DNA of 64,000 nt, from assembly GCA_947629405.1 (NCBI GenBank), contig CANRDL010000003.1, forward strand, positions 11,526 to 75,525, read 5' to 3'. This DNA comes from an uncultured Bacilli bacterium (lineage in GTDB: Bacteria > Bacillota_I > Bacilli_A > RF39 > UBA660). The position numbers were made by a program, and so were the translations under genes. This document shows positions 8,230 through 17,687 of this stretch, in pieces (within the stretch, counting starts at the first letter, position 1; every line of letters starts with the position of its first letter). Below the pieces are notes generated by a model, which saw nothing but the letters and a program-made list of their open reading frames with translations, ran no database searches and was not told where the DNA came from.

Positions 8230-9300
8230 TTAATTAACGGTTTTTAAACTTTTTAAAATAATCTCTTTATTTTCTTTTAATCTTTCATTGTCTTTATCCA
8301 TGTCTAGGGCTTTATTGACATAAAAAAGAGATAGATCATATTGTTGTTTGTTGAAGTAAGCAACAGAAAGTAAATCATATGGTGAATAGTCCCAACTAAA
8401 AGATTCATTTATATAAGTTTTTGTATGAGTTTTGATATCTAGTGCTTTATTACAATAATTTATAACTTCGTTCCAATTATTTAAACGATATTCTAAAAAT
8501 GCTCTTTCCATAAAGGGATCTCTTAAATAAGGCGCTTCTTTCATGGCTTTATCTAACCACATTTTTGCTTCATCATATCTGTTTAAATTTATATAACTTC
8601 TAGCAATAAATCGCATAGATGCACATCTTTCATCTTTCCAAGTAGCACTTTTTAAATTTAGATGTTTAATTAATGTGTCAATACATTCATTCCATTTTTG
8701 GTAATACATGTATTCACGACCTAAATAATGCATGTTTCTATCATCTTCGGGATCTTCTTTTACTGATAATTCTAAAAGTGGTAAATAAGATTGACGAGAT
8801 TTAGTATTATCTGGATAATGATTAATGGTAATTTCATTTGTAGTTTTAATTACTTCATTTTTATTTTCATAAGTTAAAACTTCATGCACAGGATGGGTCC
8901 ATTTATAATTCTTTCGTAAATGGATTTTTTCAATATAAAAATTTATTATCGGTTTATCATTTTCATCTAATTGCCAATTATAGTTATAGCGTAGACGAGT
9001 AGTATTTTTGTCCCATAACTTTTCTAGTTTTTTTCGCCATCCAGGCATTATAACTTCATCTAAATCTAAACATACACAAATATTAAAATCATCTGGTACC
9101 ATTTTTAAAGATTCATTTCTAGCAACATCAAATCGCCAGGGTTTAATTTCTTTTTCTTTAACAATAGCACCTAATTTTTTTAATTTAGATACCGTATTAT
9201 CTGTTGATCCAGTATCTAATACAAATACTTTATCTGCTTCTTTTGCCGTTTTCATAAAACGCTCAACAAATTGCTCTTCATTTTTTGATATGGCATACAC
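8230..9300 (-). CDS. Family 2 glycosyltransferase with a C-terminal TPR-like repeat domain
   Basis: YAISKNEE...VLDTGSTDNT...CLDLDEV (DxD) make up the GT2 core, and the C-terminal half is helical TPR-like repeats. The annotated start is GTG at 9300. The frame stays open upstream, and ATT at 9313-9315 preceded by AAGAAGG would give MKKICVYAISKNEE. Confidence 0.8.
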   Translation of the reverse strand: MYAISKNEEQFVERFMKTAKEADKVFVLDTGSTDNTVSKLKKLGAIVKEKEIKPWRFDVARNESLKMVPDDFNICVCLDLDEVIMPGWRKKLEKLWDKNTTRLRYNYNWQLDENDKPIINFYIEKIHLRKNYKWTHPVHEVLTYENKNEVIKTTNEITINHYPDNTKSRQSYLPLLELSVKEDPEDDRNMHYLGREYMYYQKWNECIDTLIKHLNLKSATWKDERCASMRFIARSYINLNRYDEAKMWLDKAMKEAPYLRDPFMERAFLEYRLNNWNEVINYCNKALDIKTHTKTYINESFSWDYSPYDLLSVAYFNKQQYDLSLFYVNKALDMDKDNERLKENKEIILKSLKTVN

Positions 9301-9352
9301 ACATATTTTTTTAATATTAATACCTTCTTTCTTTATAATATATGAAAATAAG

Positions 9353-9380
9353 TAGAAAAAAAACGAATTTTTATTCGTTT

Positions 9381-9382
<2 letters not shown>
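9353..9382 (-). terminator. Terminator after the collagen-like gene
   Basis: AAACGAAT(9361-9368)/ATTCGTTT(9373-9380) hairpin. The A-run at 9355-9360 gives the T-tail on the minus strand. Confidence 0.7.
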
Positions 9383-10337
<955 letters not shown>

Positions 10338-10432
10338 CTAATATAAGATATGAATGAATTTATTTTTTGTAGCATATTAAAACCTATAATAATAAAAAAA
10401 CCATTACATAATTTAGTAATGGTTATATCTTT

Positions 10433-12499
10433 TTAATATTTAATTGTTTTATTGTATTTTATTAAATTTCTAGCAGAAATTCTTGTTCCATTTTTATATA
10501 TTTCAAAATCGAGGTGAGAACCATTAGAATTACCACTGTTGCCAACTTCACCAATTTTAGTTCCTTGAGCAACTTTTTGGCCTTTTTTTACAGAAATTTT
10601 TGATAAATGATTGTATTGGGTAGAATATTTATTAGTGTGTTTAATTTTAATATAATTTCCCCAACCACTTCCGCAGCTTGAATTTTTTGTTTTAGGATTA
10701 CAACCAGTATGAACACTAACAACTGTTCCACCATCAGCAGCTACAACAGCAGTACCATATTTAGCAGCAATATCGTTCCCTTTGTGTCCTTTATAGCTTC
10801 CATACCAGCCACTTACTTTTGATGAACTTGGAACGGGCCATAAAAATGTTCCAGTTGGTTTAGCTTTTTGTCGTTCAATTTTAACTTTATATTTTTCTGT
10901 TTCTTTTCCATTTTCTGATTTAACTGTTATCTTTTTAGTGGTTGTTCCTTCTTTTATTTTGGAATATTCCTGAACTTTATTTTTTAATTCTTTTGGGGCA
11001 GTAATTTTGGCCTTATTATTTTTAGTTTTTATTTTTATTTTTAATTTAGTTGTTTGGTTATCAATTTCAACGGTATATGTTTTTCCACTTTTGGTAACTT
11101 TTTGATTATGACCACTCGTAGTAGCAGTCACTTTAGTTATAGTAGTATCATTTTTTTCTTTTGTGTTATTATTATTTTTGGAACTACTAGGTTTTGTAGA
11201 AGGCTTACTTATTTTTATAGAACTGGAAGTAGGTATTCTACTTGTACTTGCCGAACTTGAAGATACTTTTTTTTCTTGCAATATATATTCACTTGTATAG
11301 CATGTTGTGCTACCTATATTATTATTAAGAGTAATTTTCCCAATTCTTTTTGATAAATTATTTGCATATTCTAAACTTACTATTTGTGTTCCTTTTAAAT
11401 TAGCTTTTGATGTAACCCAACTTATCAGACCTTTATTGTCATTATAAGTGTTATTTATAGCCCAATCCCATGAGATAACATTTTCGTTAGGTATTATATT
11501 TAAATTGGCAAAGTTTATATCATTATTAGTTCTAACTATCGTTACATCTTGACATGTAGGAATATCTACTATTTCTTTTTTATTTACTGTAACAGTATAA
11601 GCATTTTCATTATTTTCGTTATTAACAGTAATAATAAAAATTTTACTTAAAGTATTATTAAAATTAGATTGGATAGTGCTAGTTTTAGTTGAAGATTGAC
11701 AATTTGAAGAATTTTGTTCACAAATTTTAACAGTAGCACTTGGATCTTGGGTAGTTGCCTTAATATATATACTATCATCACTTATTTCCGTTGTATAATT
11801 TGTTATTTCGGGTGAAAAGTTGATATTAAATCCTTTGGAAGTAGATGTGATGCTACTTAGACTTGTATCAAAACTATCTACTTTTTTGACATCTAATTTA
11901 TAAGTAGATTTATATGTTCCATTTGTTACTTCAATTGTATAAGTACCAGGTTTTTTTTGTTCCCATAAAAGAGTTCCAGTTTTACTTTTATTATTTAATG
12001 ACTCATCTATAATTTTTATTTGGGAACTAGAATCAGTTGCTTCGATTTTTAAATTTATTGAATCGGAAATTGTTTCCGCTGTGTAATTATATGTGTTTTT
12101 GTTTAATGTTTCATTTAATTTAAATTCATCACTAGTTATTGATTTTAAACTAGTGTCTTTATAATCAACATTAACATTAATATAACCAGTTACTTGATTA
12201 TTATTTATTTTTTGAATTCTAGTTGTCCCAGCTTTTATTCCTTTTAGTGCCCCTGTACTTGTGACAGTGGCAATTTTTTCATTTTCACTTTTATAGCTTT
12301 CAGCTTTATACATAGCTAATTTTTTTAAAGGAAATGTTTCTCCACTTTTTAAAGAAATACTTTCATTATTGATTATAGCTTTGTATTGGGTATTATTAAT
12401 TTTATTATTTTTAAATATAAAAATTGAACTTAGTATAATTAAAAACATTAAAATTAAAATAACTATAAAAAATTTATTATTTTTAAATATCTTTTTCAT
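10433..12499 (-). CDS. Membrane-anchored M23 (LytM-type) peptidase with Big_2-like and repeated beta-sandwich domains and an S/T/K-rich linker
   Basis: There is an N-terminal TM segment and a Big_2-like stretch (ENEKIATVTSTGALKGIKAGTTRI). A module SL(K/S)SITS...NYT(A/T)E.SDSI..K..T occurs twice. The linker is SSSSASTSRIPTSSS. The C-terminus GHKGNDIAA...GNSGNSNGSHLDFEI is an M23 domain. Confidence 0.8.
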   Translation of the reverse strand: MKKIFKNNKFFIVILILMFLIILSSIFIFKNNKINNTQYKAIINNESISLKSGETFPLKKLAMYKAESYKSENEKIATVTSTGALKGIKAGTTRIQKINNNQVTGYINVNVDYKDTSLKSITSDEFKLNETLNKNTYNYTAETISDSINLKIEATDSSSQIKIIDESLNNKSKTGTLLWEQKKPGTYTIEVTNGTYKSTYKLDVKKVDSFDTSLSSITSTSKGFNINFSPEITNYTTEISDDSIYIKATTQDPSATVKICEQNSSNCQSSTKTSTIQSNFNNTLSKIFIITVNNENNENAYTVTVNKKEIVDIPTCQDVTIVRTNNDINFANLNIIPNENVISWDWAINNTYNDNKGLISWVTSKANLKGTQIVSLEYANNLSKRIGKITLNNNIGSTTCYTSEYILQEKKVSSSSASTSRIPTSSSIKISKPSTKPSSSKNNNNTKEKNDTTITKVTATTSGHNQKVTKSGKTYTVEIDNQTTKLKIKIKTKNNKAKITAPKELKNKVQEYSKIKEGTTTKKITVKSENGKETEKYKVKIERQKAKPTGTFLWPVPSSSKVSGWYGSYKGHKGNDIAAKYGTAVVAADGGTVVSVHTGCNPKTKNSSCGSGWGNYIKIKHTNKYSTQYNHLSKISVKKGQKVAQGTKIGEVGNSGNSNGSHLDFEIYKNGTRISARNLIKYNKTIKY

Positions 12500-12702
12500 A
12501 TTAATTTACCTTCTATTTTCAGTATACCATTTACAAAAATGCATTTCAATTATTAGTATATCTATAGTAAAATATTAGTAAAATAATGTAAAATTATAAA
12601 TAAAAAAATTGACTGACTTATATAGATGCTAGTCTTTTTTCATGATATAATTAGTATAATATTAATTATTATCTTTTTAAATGAAAAAGGAGTCAAAATG
12701 AA

Positions 12703-13536
12703 ATGGAAAAATATAAGGAAATAGAAAGAAGTATAATTAAAAAATATCGTAAAGATATTTGGAGTAAATTTGTTAAAGCAGTGAAAGATTATGAGCTTAT
12801 AAAAGAAAATGATAATATTATGGTTTGTATTAGTGGTGGAAAAGATTCTTTTCTATTAGCAAAGTGTATGCAAGAATTACAAAGACATGGAAAATTTAAA
12901 TTTAATATTCACTATGTTGTTATGAATCCAGGCTATAATGATTATAATCGTAAGTTTATTTTAGATAATGCTAAGCTTTTAAATCTTTCAATTGAAATGT
13001 TTGAAAGTGACATATTTGATGTTGTAACCAAAGTTGCTTCTAAGAGTCCTTGTTATTTATGTGCAAGGATGCGAAGAGGCTATTTATATAGTAAAGCTAA
13101 AGAATTAGGGTGTAATAAAATAGCACTTGGTCATCATTTTAATGATGTTATAGAAACAACTTTACTTTCTATGTTTTATGGTTCTGAAATTAAGACTATG
13201 ATGCCAAAATTACACAGTGATAATTTTCCTGGTTTAGAATTAATTAGGCCACTTTATTTAGTAAAAGAAGAATCTATAATATCATGGAGTGAATATAATA
13301 AACTTAGATTTCTAAATTGTGCTTGTAAATTTACGGAAGAATGTTCTTCCAAAAATGATGATACAAGCAAAAGAAATGAAATGAAGAAACTTATTAAAAA
13401 TTTAACAAAAAATAATAAAAATATTGATAATAATATATTTAAAGCACTTGATAATATAAATCTTAATTGCGTTTTAGGGGTAAAAGAAAATGGTAAATAT
13501 AAAAGTTTCTTAGAAGATTATAATAAAAATTGTTAA
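12703..13536 (+). CDS. ttcA: PP-loop ATPase, tRNA 2-thiocytidine biosynthesis TtcA family
   Basis: SGGKDS PP-loop, CYLCARMRRG and a C-terminal Cys pair (NCACK), as expected for TtcA-like Fe-S tRNA thiolases. Confidence 0.8.
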   Translation: MEKYKEIERSIIKKYRKDIWSKFVKAVKDYELIKENDNIMVCISGGKDSFLLAKCMQELQRHGKFKFNIHYVVMNPGYNDYNRKFILDNAKLLNLSIEMFESDIFDVVTKVASKSPCYLCARMRRGYLYSKAKELGCNKIALGHHFNDVIETTLLSMFYGSEIKTMMPKLHSDNFPGLELIRPLYLVKEESIISWSEYNKLRFLNCACKFTEECSSKNDDTSKRNEMKKLIKNLTKNNKNIDNNIFKALDNINLNCVLGVKENGKYKSFLEDYNKNC

Positions 13537-13557
13537 GAAAGTAAAAGTTGTTAGAAA

Positions 13558-14170
13558 ATGAAAGAAGTAATAATAAAAAAAGAAAAAGGAAATTATAGAA
13601 TTCCTAAACTCTTAAAATTAAATTTAAGTAAAAAAAAACTATAAGTTTGAATACAATGGTAAACTATATAATAAAGAATTAAAAACAGATAATAAAAATA
13701 TTTATCAATTATCTTTGTTAGTAGAAGCATTAAATATAAAAAATAAAAGACAAAGATATGAATTTATTTATGATAAAGCTTGTGATTTGTTAGACAATGA
13801 TTTTTATGGGAAAAATGTCTGTGAATTTAAAAATGGCAAATGTATTAAAAATAGAAAATGTCATGAAATAGGTGATGGATGTTGTTGCAGTGTTGATCAT
13901 AAAACAATTTGTCAATATCTTACTGATAAAGGGTGTAGTGTAAGGTGTTTAGCATGTAAATTTCATATATGTCGTATCTTAAAAGATAAAGGTTATAAAT
14001 ATCGTTTAAATGATATCTATATTTTAAAATATTTATTAAATTGGAAACAAAAAATTATAGTTTATAATGATTTTTTTATAACAAAGGATGAAGTTTTAAA
14101 TGATATTTTAAAAAATAGTATAATACTTTGGTCATTAAAACCTGTTAAAAAATTTATTAAAATAAAATAG
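13558..14170 (+). pseudogene. Cys-rich hypothetical protein apparently split by a frameshift in an A9 tract (13630-13638)
   Basis: ATG at 13558 opens a 28-codon frame that stops at 13642. The frame of the 151-aa ORF (track start TTG 13715, no RBS) is already open from 13628. One A fewer would fuse both into MKEVIIKKEKGNYRIPKLLKLNLSKKKNYKFEYNGK... Confidence 0.5.
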
Positions 14171-14224
14171 TTGTACCATATTTATTTTATGTTATAATAT
14201 TTGACTAAGAAAGGAGTAATTATT

Positions 14225-14818
14225 TTGAAAGAAATTACTTTAAATAAAATGAAAGATTTATATTCTGATCTAAAAGCTAAAAAATGTTATAATGAAAATG
14301 AATTAATTAATTCTATTATTGAAAATTTTAAAGACGAACTAATTTTTAATTCAAATGAAATTTTGGTATATACAGGAACATATATTTTAAAGCATGAGAC
14401 AAAGCGTTCATGGTATCCCGTATATGGAATTTTATTAGATGAAAATTTGCCTAGTGCTCAATATAAAAAATTTAAAGATTTAGAAAGCGGTTTTTCTTGT
14501 TATATTAATTTAAATGAATTACCTGATTTTGAAAAAGATAACTTTGTTATTTATATTCCCAATGCAAGACATTATGAAAATGAATATACTTTTCAACAAG
14601 ATTATATGAAATTAAGACATATTTTTTTTAAGGAAGCCATAATTAATGGACAAGATGCTGCATTAAATTTATTATCATCTGAAGAAAAGATAAAAGAATT
14701 ATTTTCAGTTGGAAATCACATGAAAGAGCAAGATATTAGTCCAGATTTTTATAAATATTTTTATGAAGTTGCAATTTGTAATAAAAAGAATAAAAATGTT
14801 TTTAGTAAAAAAATATAA
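14225..14818 (+). CDS. Hypothetical protein
   Basis: The track ORF starts at TTG 14201, but RBS AAAGGAG (14209-14215) followed by TTG at 14225 (MKEITLNK...) fits better. TGTTATAAT lies at 14190-14198. No family recognised. Confidence 0.5.
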   Translation: MKEITLNKMKDLYSDLKAKKCYNENELINSIIENFKDELIFNSNEILVYTGTYILKHETKRSWYPVYGILLDENLPSAQYKKFKDLESGFSCYINLNELPDFEKDNFVIYIPNARHYENEYTFQQDYMKLRHIFFKEAIINGQDAALNLLSSEEKIKELFSVGNHMKEQDISPDFYKYFYEVAICNKKNKNVFSKKI

Positions 14819-14886
14819 GATAACAATAAAAAAATTAAAATTGTTTTAGTATATTAAACAATGTTATTAAGTAAAACAAGCTACAA

Positions 14887-14917
14887 AAGATTATCAAGTA
14901 AATTTGGTAATCTTTTT
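14887..14917 (+). terminator. Hairpin terminator (copy 1 of a near-identical pair)
   Basis: AAGATTATCAAGTAAATTTGGTAATCTTTTT. Confidence 0.7.
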
Positions 14918-14924
14918 ATATGCA

Positions 14925-14964
14925 TTGACAACTGTATATGATCTGTATATAATGTATATATACA
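14925..14964 (+). promoter_or_regulatory. Consensus sigma-A promoter overlapped by the likely YtrA-type operator
   Basis: TTGACA(14925-14930)-N17-TATAAT(14948-14953). There are three TGTATAT direct repeats (14933-39, 14944-50, 14953-59), the last lying within the 12-bp palindrome TGTATATATACA (14953-14964). Confidence 0.7.
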
Positions 14965-14977
14965 AAAGAGGTGCGTT

Positions 14978-15355
14978 ATGGAAATTATAATAAGTAATTC
15001 AAATGGTGTTCCTATCTATGAACAAATTAAAGAACAAATAAAAGTTAAAATAGTTTCTAACGAATTAAAAGCAAATGAATTATTACCCTCCATAAGAACT
15101 TTAGCTAAAGATCTTCGCTGTAGTGTTATAACAACAAAAAATGCCTATGAAGAATTAGTAAAAGAGGGTTATGTAAAAAATATTCCATCTAAAGGTTTTT
15201 ATGTTGCTAAAGTAAATAAAGATGTTGCTTTAGAAGAACAATTAAATAAGATAGAAGAACTAATGGACAAAGCAGTTATTATTGCCAAAATGAATAATAT
15301 AAATAAGAAAACTCTAAATGAAATGTTAAATATATTGTATGAGGAGGATAAATAA
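14978..15355 (+). CDS. GntR-family transcriptional regulator, YtrA subfamily
   Basis: 125 aa with a winged HTH (PIYEQIKEQI...LPSIRTLAKDLRCSVITTKNAYEELVKEGYV) and a short C-terminal helical tail. An ABC module follows. Confidence 0.85.
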   Translation: MEIIISNSNGVPIYEQIKEQIKVKIVSNELKANELLPSIRTLAKDLRCSVITTKNAYEELVKEGYVKNIPSKGFYVAKVNKDVALEEQLNKIEELMDKAVIIAKMNNINKKTLNEMLNILYEEDK

Positions 15356-15358
15356 AAA

Positions 15359-16216
15359 ATGGAAAATATTTTAGAAATTAAAAATCTATGTAAAAAATAT
15401 GATAATTTTGAACTTAAAAATATATCATTTACTTTACCTAAAGGTATGATTATGGGTTTTATAGGCGAAAATGGTGCCGGAAAAACTACAACAATAAAAG
15501 CTATATTAGACATTATTAAATCATATAGGGGAGAAATTAAAATTTTTGGTTTAGATAATCGTAAAGATGAGAGAAAAATAAAAGAAGATATAGGAATCGT
15601 TTTAGATGATATGTTTTTTCCTGAAATACTTACACCTAATGATATAAATAATACTATGAAAGGGATTTATAAAAATTGGGATACCAAAATGTTCTATGAT
15701 TATTTAAAAGAATTCTCTTTATTACCTAATAAGCAAATTAAAACTTTTTCCAAAGGTATGAGAAAAAAACTAGAAATTATAACAGCATTATCTCATCATC
15801 CCAAACTTTTAATATTAGACGAACCAACTTCAGGACTTGATCCTGTTGCTCGTGCGGAAATTATCAAGATATTTCAAAATTTTATTGAAAAAGATGATTG
15901 TTCTATTTTACTTTCTAGCCATATTACTACGGACTTAGAACATATTGCTGATTATATAACTTTTATCAATAATGGAGAAATTGTTTTATCTAAAACAACT
16001 AACGAATTATTAGTTAAATATGGTATTGTAAAATGTACGGAAAAAGAATTTAAAGGTATTGATAAAAAAGATTATATTAAGTATAAAAAAACAAAATATG
16101 AATATGAGGTATTAGTTCCTAATAAAAAAGAATTTAGAACCAAATATAATATTTCTATAATTGATAAAATAACTTTAGATGATCTTATGGTTTTAATGAT
16201 TAAGGGGGAAAAATAA
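15359..16216 (+). CDS. ABC transporter ATP-binding protein
   Basis: Walker A GENGAGKTT, signature-like FSKGMRKK and Walker B LLILDEPTSGLD. Confidence 0.9.
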   Translation: MENILEIKNLCKKYDNFELKNISFTLPKGMIMGFIGENGAGKTTTIKAILDIIKSYRGEIKIFGLDNRKDERKIKEDIGIVLDDMFFPEILTPNDINNTMKGIYKNWDTKMFYDYLKEFSLLPNKQIKTFSKGMRKKLEIITALSHHPKLLILDEPTSGLDPVARAEIIKIFQNFIEKDDCSILLSSHITTDLEHIADYITFINNGEIVLSKTTNELLVKYGIVKCTEKEFKGIDKKDYIKYKKTKYEYEVLVPNKKEFRTKYNISIIDKITLDDLMVLMIKGEK

Positions 16217-16848
16217 TGATAGGATTTATAAAAAAAGATTTAGCGATGATTAAAAGTAATCTTAAATTAATAGGAATTTTAATTGTTTTATATATAATAA
16301 TGGGTTTAATGGGCAAAATGGATATATCATTTATATTACCATTTATGTGTGTAATGATAATGATTTCATCATTTAGTTATGATAATTATAATAAATGGGA
16401 TGCTTACTCTATTTCATTACCTAATGGAAGAAAAAATAGTGTAAAATCTAAATATATAACAACAATTTTACTGACTCTTATTGTTTCTATAATTACAATT
16501 ATTATATCTTTTATTATTTCTTATGTTAATATCCAAAATATTAACTATGAACAAATATTAGTAACAATGCTTGGGACAATATTTGCAACATTATTAGTTT
16601 TAACTTTTATGTATCCAATTATTTATAAATTTGGTGTTGAAAAGGCAAGAATTGCTATACTTCTAATAGTATTTGGTTTAGTAATTATAGGTGGATTTTT
16701 TTCTCAATATATTGATATATCATTTATTACCAAATCATTATCATTTTTAGAAGATTATTTAATCATAATTTTAATATTAATAACTATTCTTATGGTTTAT
16801 ACATCATATAAAATATCTGAAAAAATATTTAGCAAAAAAGAATTTTAA
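16216..16848 (+). CDS. ABC-2-type transporter membrane protein
   Basis: 210 aa with about 6 TM segments. Its start overlaps the ATPase stop (ATAATG). Confidence 0.7.
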   Translation: MIGFIKKDLAMIKSNLKLIGILIVLYIIMGLMGKMDISFILPFMCVMIMISSFSYDNYNKWDAYSISLPNGRKNSVKSKYITTILLTLIVSIITIIISFIISYVNIQNINYEQILVTMLGTIFATLLVLTFMYPIIYKFGVEKARIAILLIVFGLVIIGGFFSQYIDISFITKSLSFLEDYLIIILILITILMVYTSYKISEKIFSKKEF

Positions 16849-16866
16849 GGGAAACATTGGATGATT

Positions 16867-16899
16867 AAGATTATCAAGTAAAAATTGATAATCTTTTTT
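16867..16899 (+). terminator. Hairpin terminator (copy 2 of the near-identical pair)
   Basis: AAGATTATCAAGTAAAAATTGATAATCTTTTTT. Confidence 0.75.
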
Positions 16900-16942
16900 A
16901 TTGTTTTGTAACTTAAATGTTTTGTATTAAAACTTTCCAATG

Positions 16943-16956
16943 TTACAAAACTGTAA
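16943..16956 (+). promoter_or_regulatory. Candidate BceR-type response-regulator box upstream of the RR/HK operon
   Basis: TTACAAAACTGTAA is a one-mismatch palindrome lying ~23 nt upstream of the extended -10 TGgTATAAT (16977-16985). Confidence 0.45.
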
Positions 16957-17012
16957 GGTTAAATGTCCTTTATTCATGGTATAATAATAAAAAGAATTGT
17001 GGTGAACAATAC

Positions 17013-17687
17013 ATGAATAAGATAATGATAATTGAAGATGATAAATTAATTTGTAATGAACTTTCTAAACTTTTAGAAAATAATGATTATGAAACTATTG
17101 TTTTAAAAGATTTTAAAAATGCATTAAATGAAATATTAAAAGCATCTCCAGATTTAATTTTACTTGATATAAATATACCATTTATAAATGGAAAGACATT
17201 ATTACAAAATTTACGGAAAAAATCCAATATTCCTGTCATTATGGTAACAAGTATTAATTCTGAAACTGATGAAGCATTATCCATATCTTATGGGGCAGAT
17301 GATTATATTACAAAACCTTATAATCCAAACATTTTACTTTTAAGAATTGGAGCGGTATTAAAAAGAATAAAAAGTAATTACAATAAAAATGCCAATGAAC
17401 TTATTTATAGAGAATTAAAATTCGACTATCAAAAAGGAATAATTAAAAAGGATGATATGGAAATAGAGTTAACAAAAAATGAAATGATTATTTTTTATTA
17501 TTTATTAAATCATCAAAACAAAATTGTAACTCGAGAAGAACTTATGACAACATTATGGGATAATAAAGAATATGTAAATGAAAATGCTTTAACTGTCAAT
17601 ATAAGTAGGCTAAGAAACAAATTAAAAGAAATTGGCTATGAAGATGTAATAGATACGAGAAAAGGAATTGGTTATATTTTATTATGA
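17013..17687 (+). CDS. OmpR-family response regulator (BceR-like)
   Basis: The likely start is ATG 17013 (MNKIMIIEDDKL...); the track ORF extends upstream through promoter sequence. It has a REC domain and a winged-helix C-terminus (TVNISRLRNKL). Confidence 0.85.
   Translation: MNKIMIIEDDKLICNELSKLLENNDYETIVLKDFKNALNEILKASPDLILLDINIPFINGKTLLQNLRKKSNIPVIMVTSINSETDEALSISYGADDYITKPYNPNILLLRIGAVLKRIKSNYNKNANELIYRELKFDYQKGIIKKDDMEIELTKNEMIIFYYLLNHQNKIVTREELMTTLWDNKEYVNENALTVNISRLRNKLKEIGYEDVIDTRKGIGYILL

Noticed and set aside
12369-12578. 69-aa plus-strand ORF overlapping the 5' end of the M23 peptidase gene
   Set aside because: It is antisense to the signal-anchor coding region and runs into the promoter. 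It has no RBS and a low-complexity hydrophobic translation.
16917-17012. N-terminal 32-codon extension of the response regulator in the ORF track; the same issue applies to 18756..18791 for the ABC ATPase
   Set aside because: The extensions read through promoter and operator sequence (extended -10, palindromic box). The internal ATGs give canonical N-termini (MNKIMIIEDD; [15 protein letters not shown]), the latter with a good RBS.
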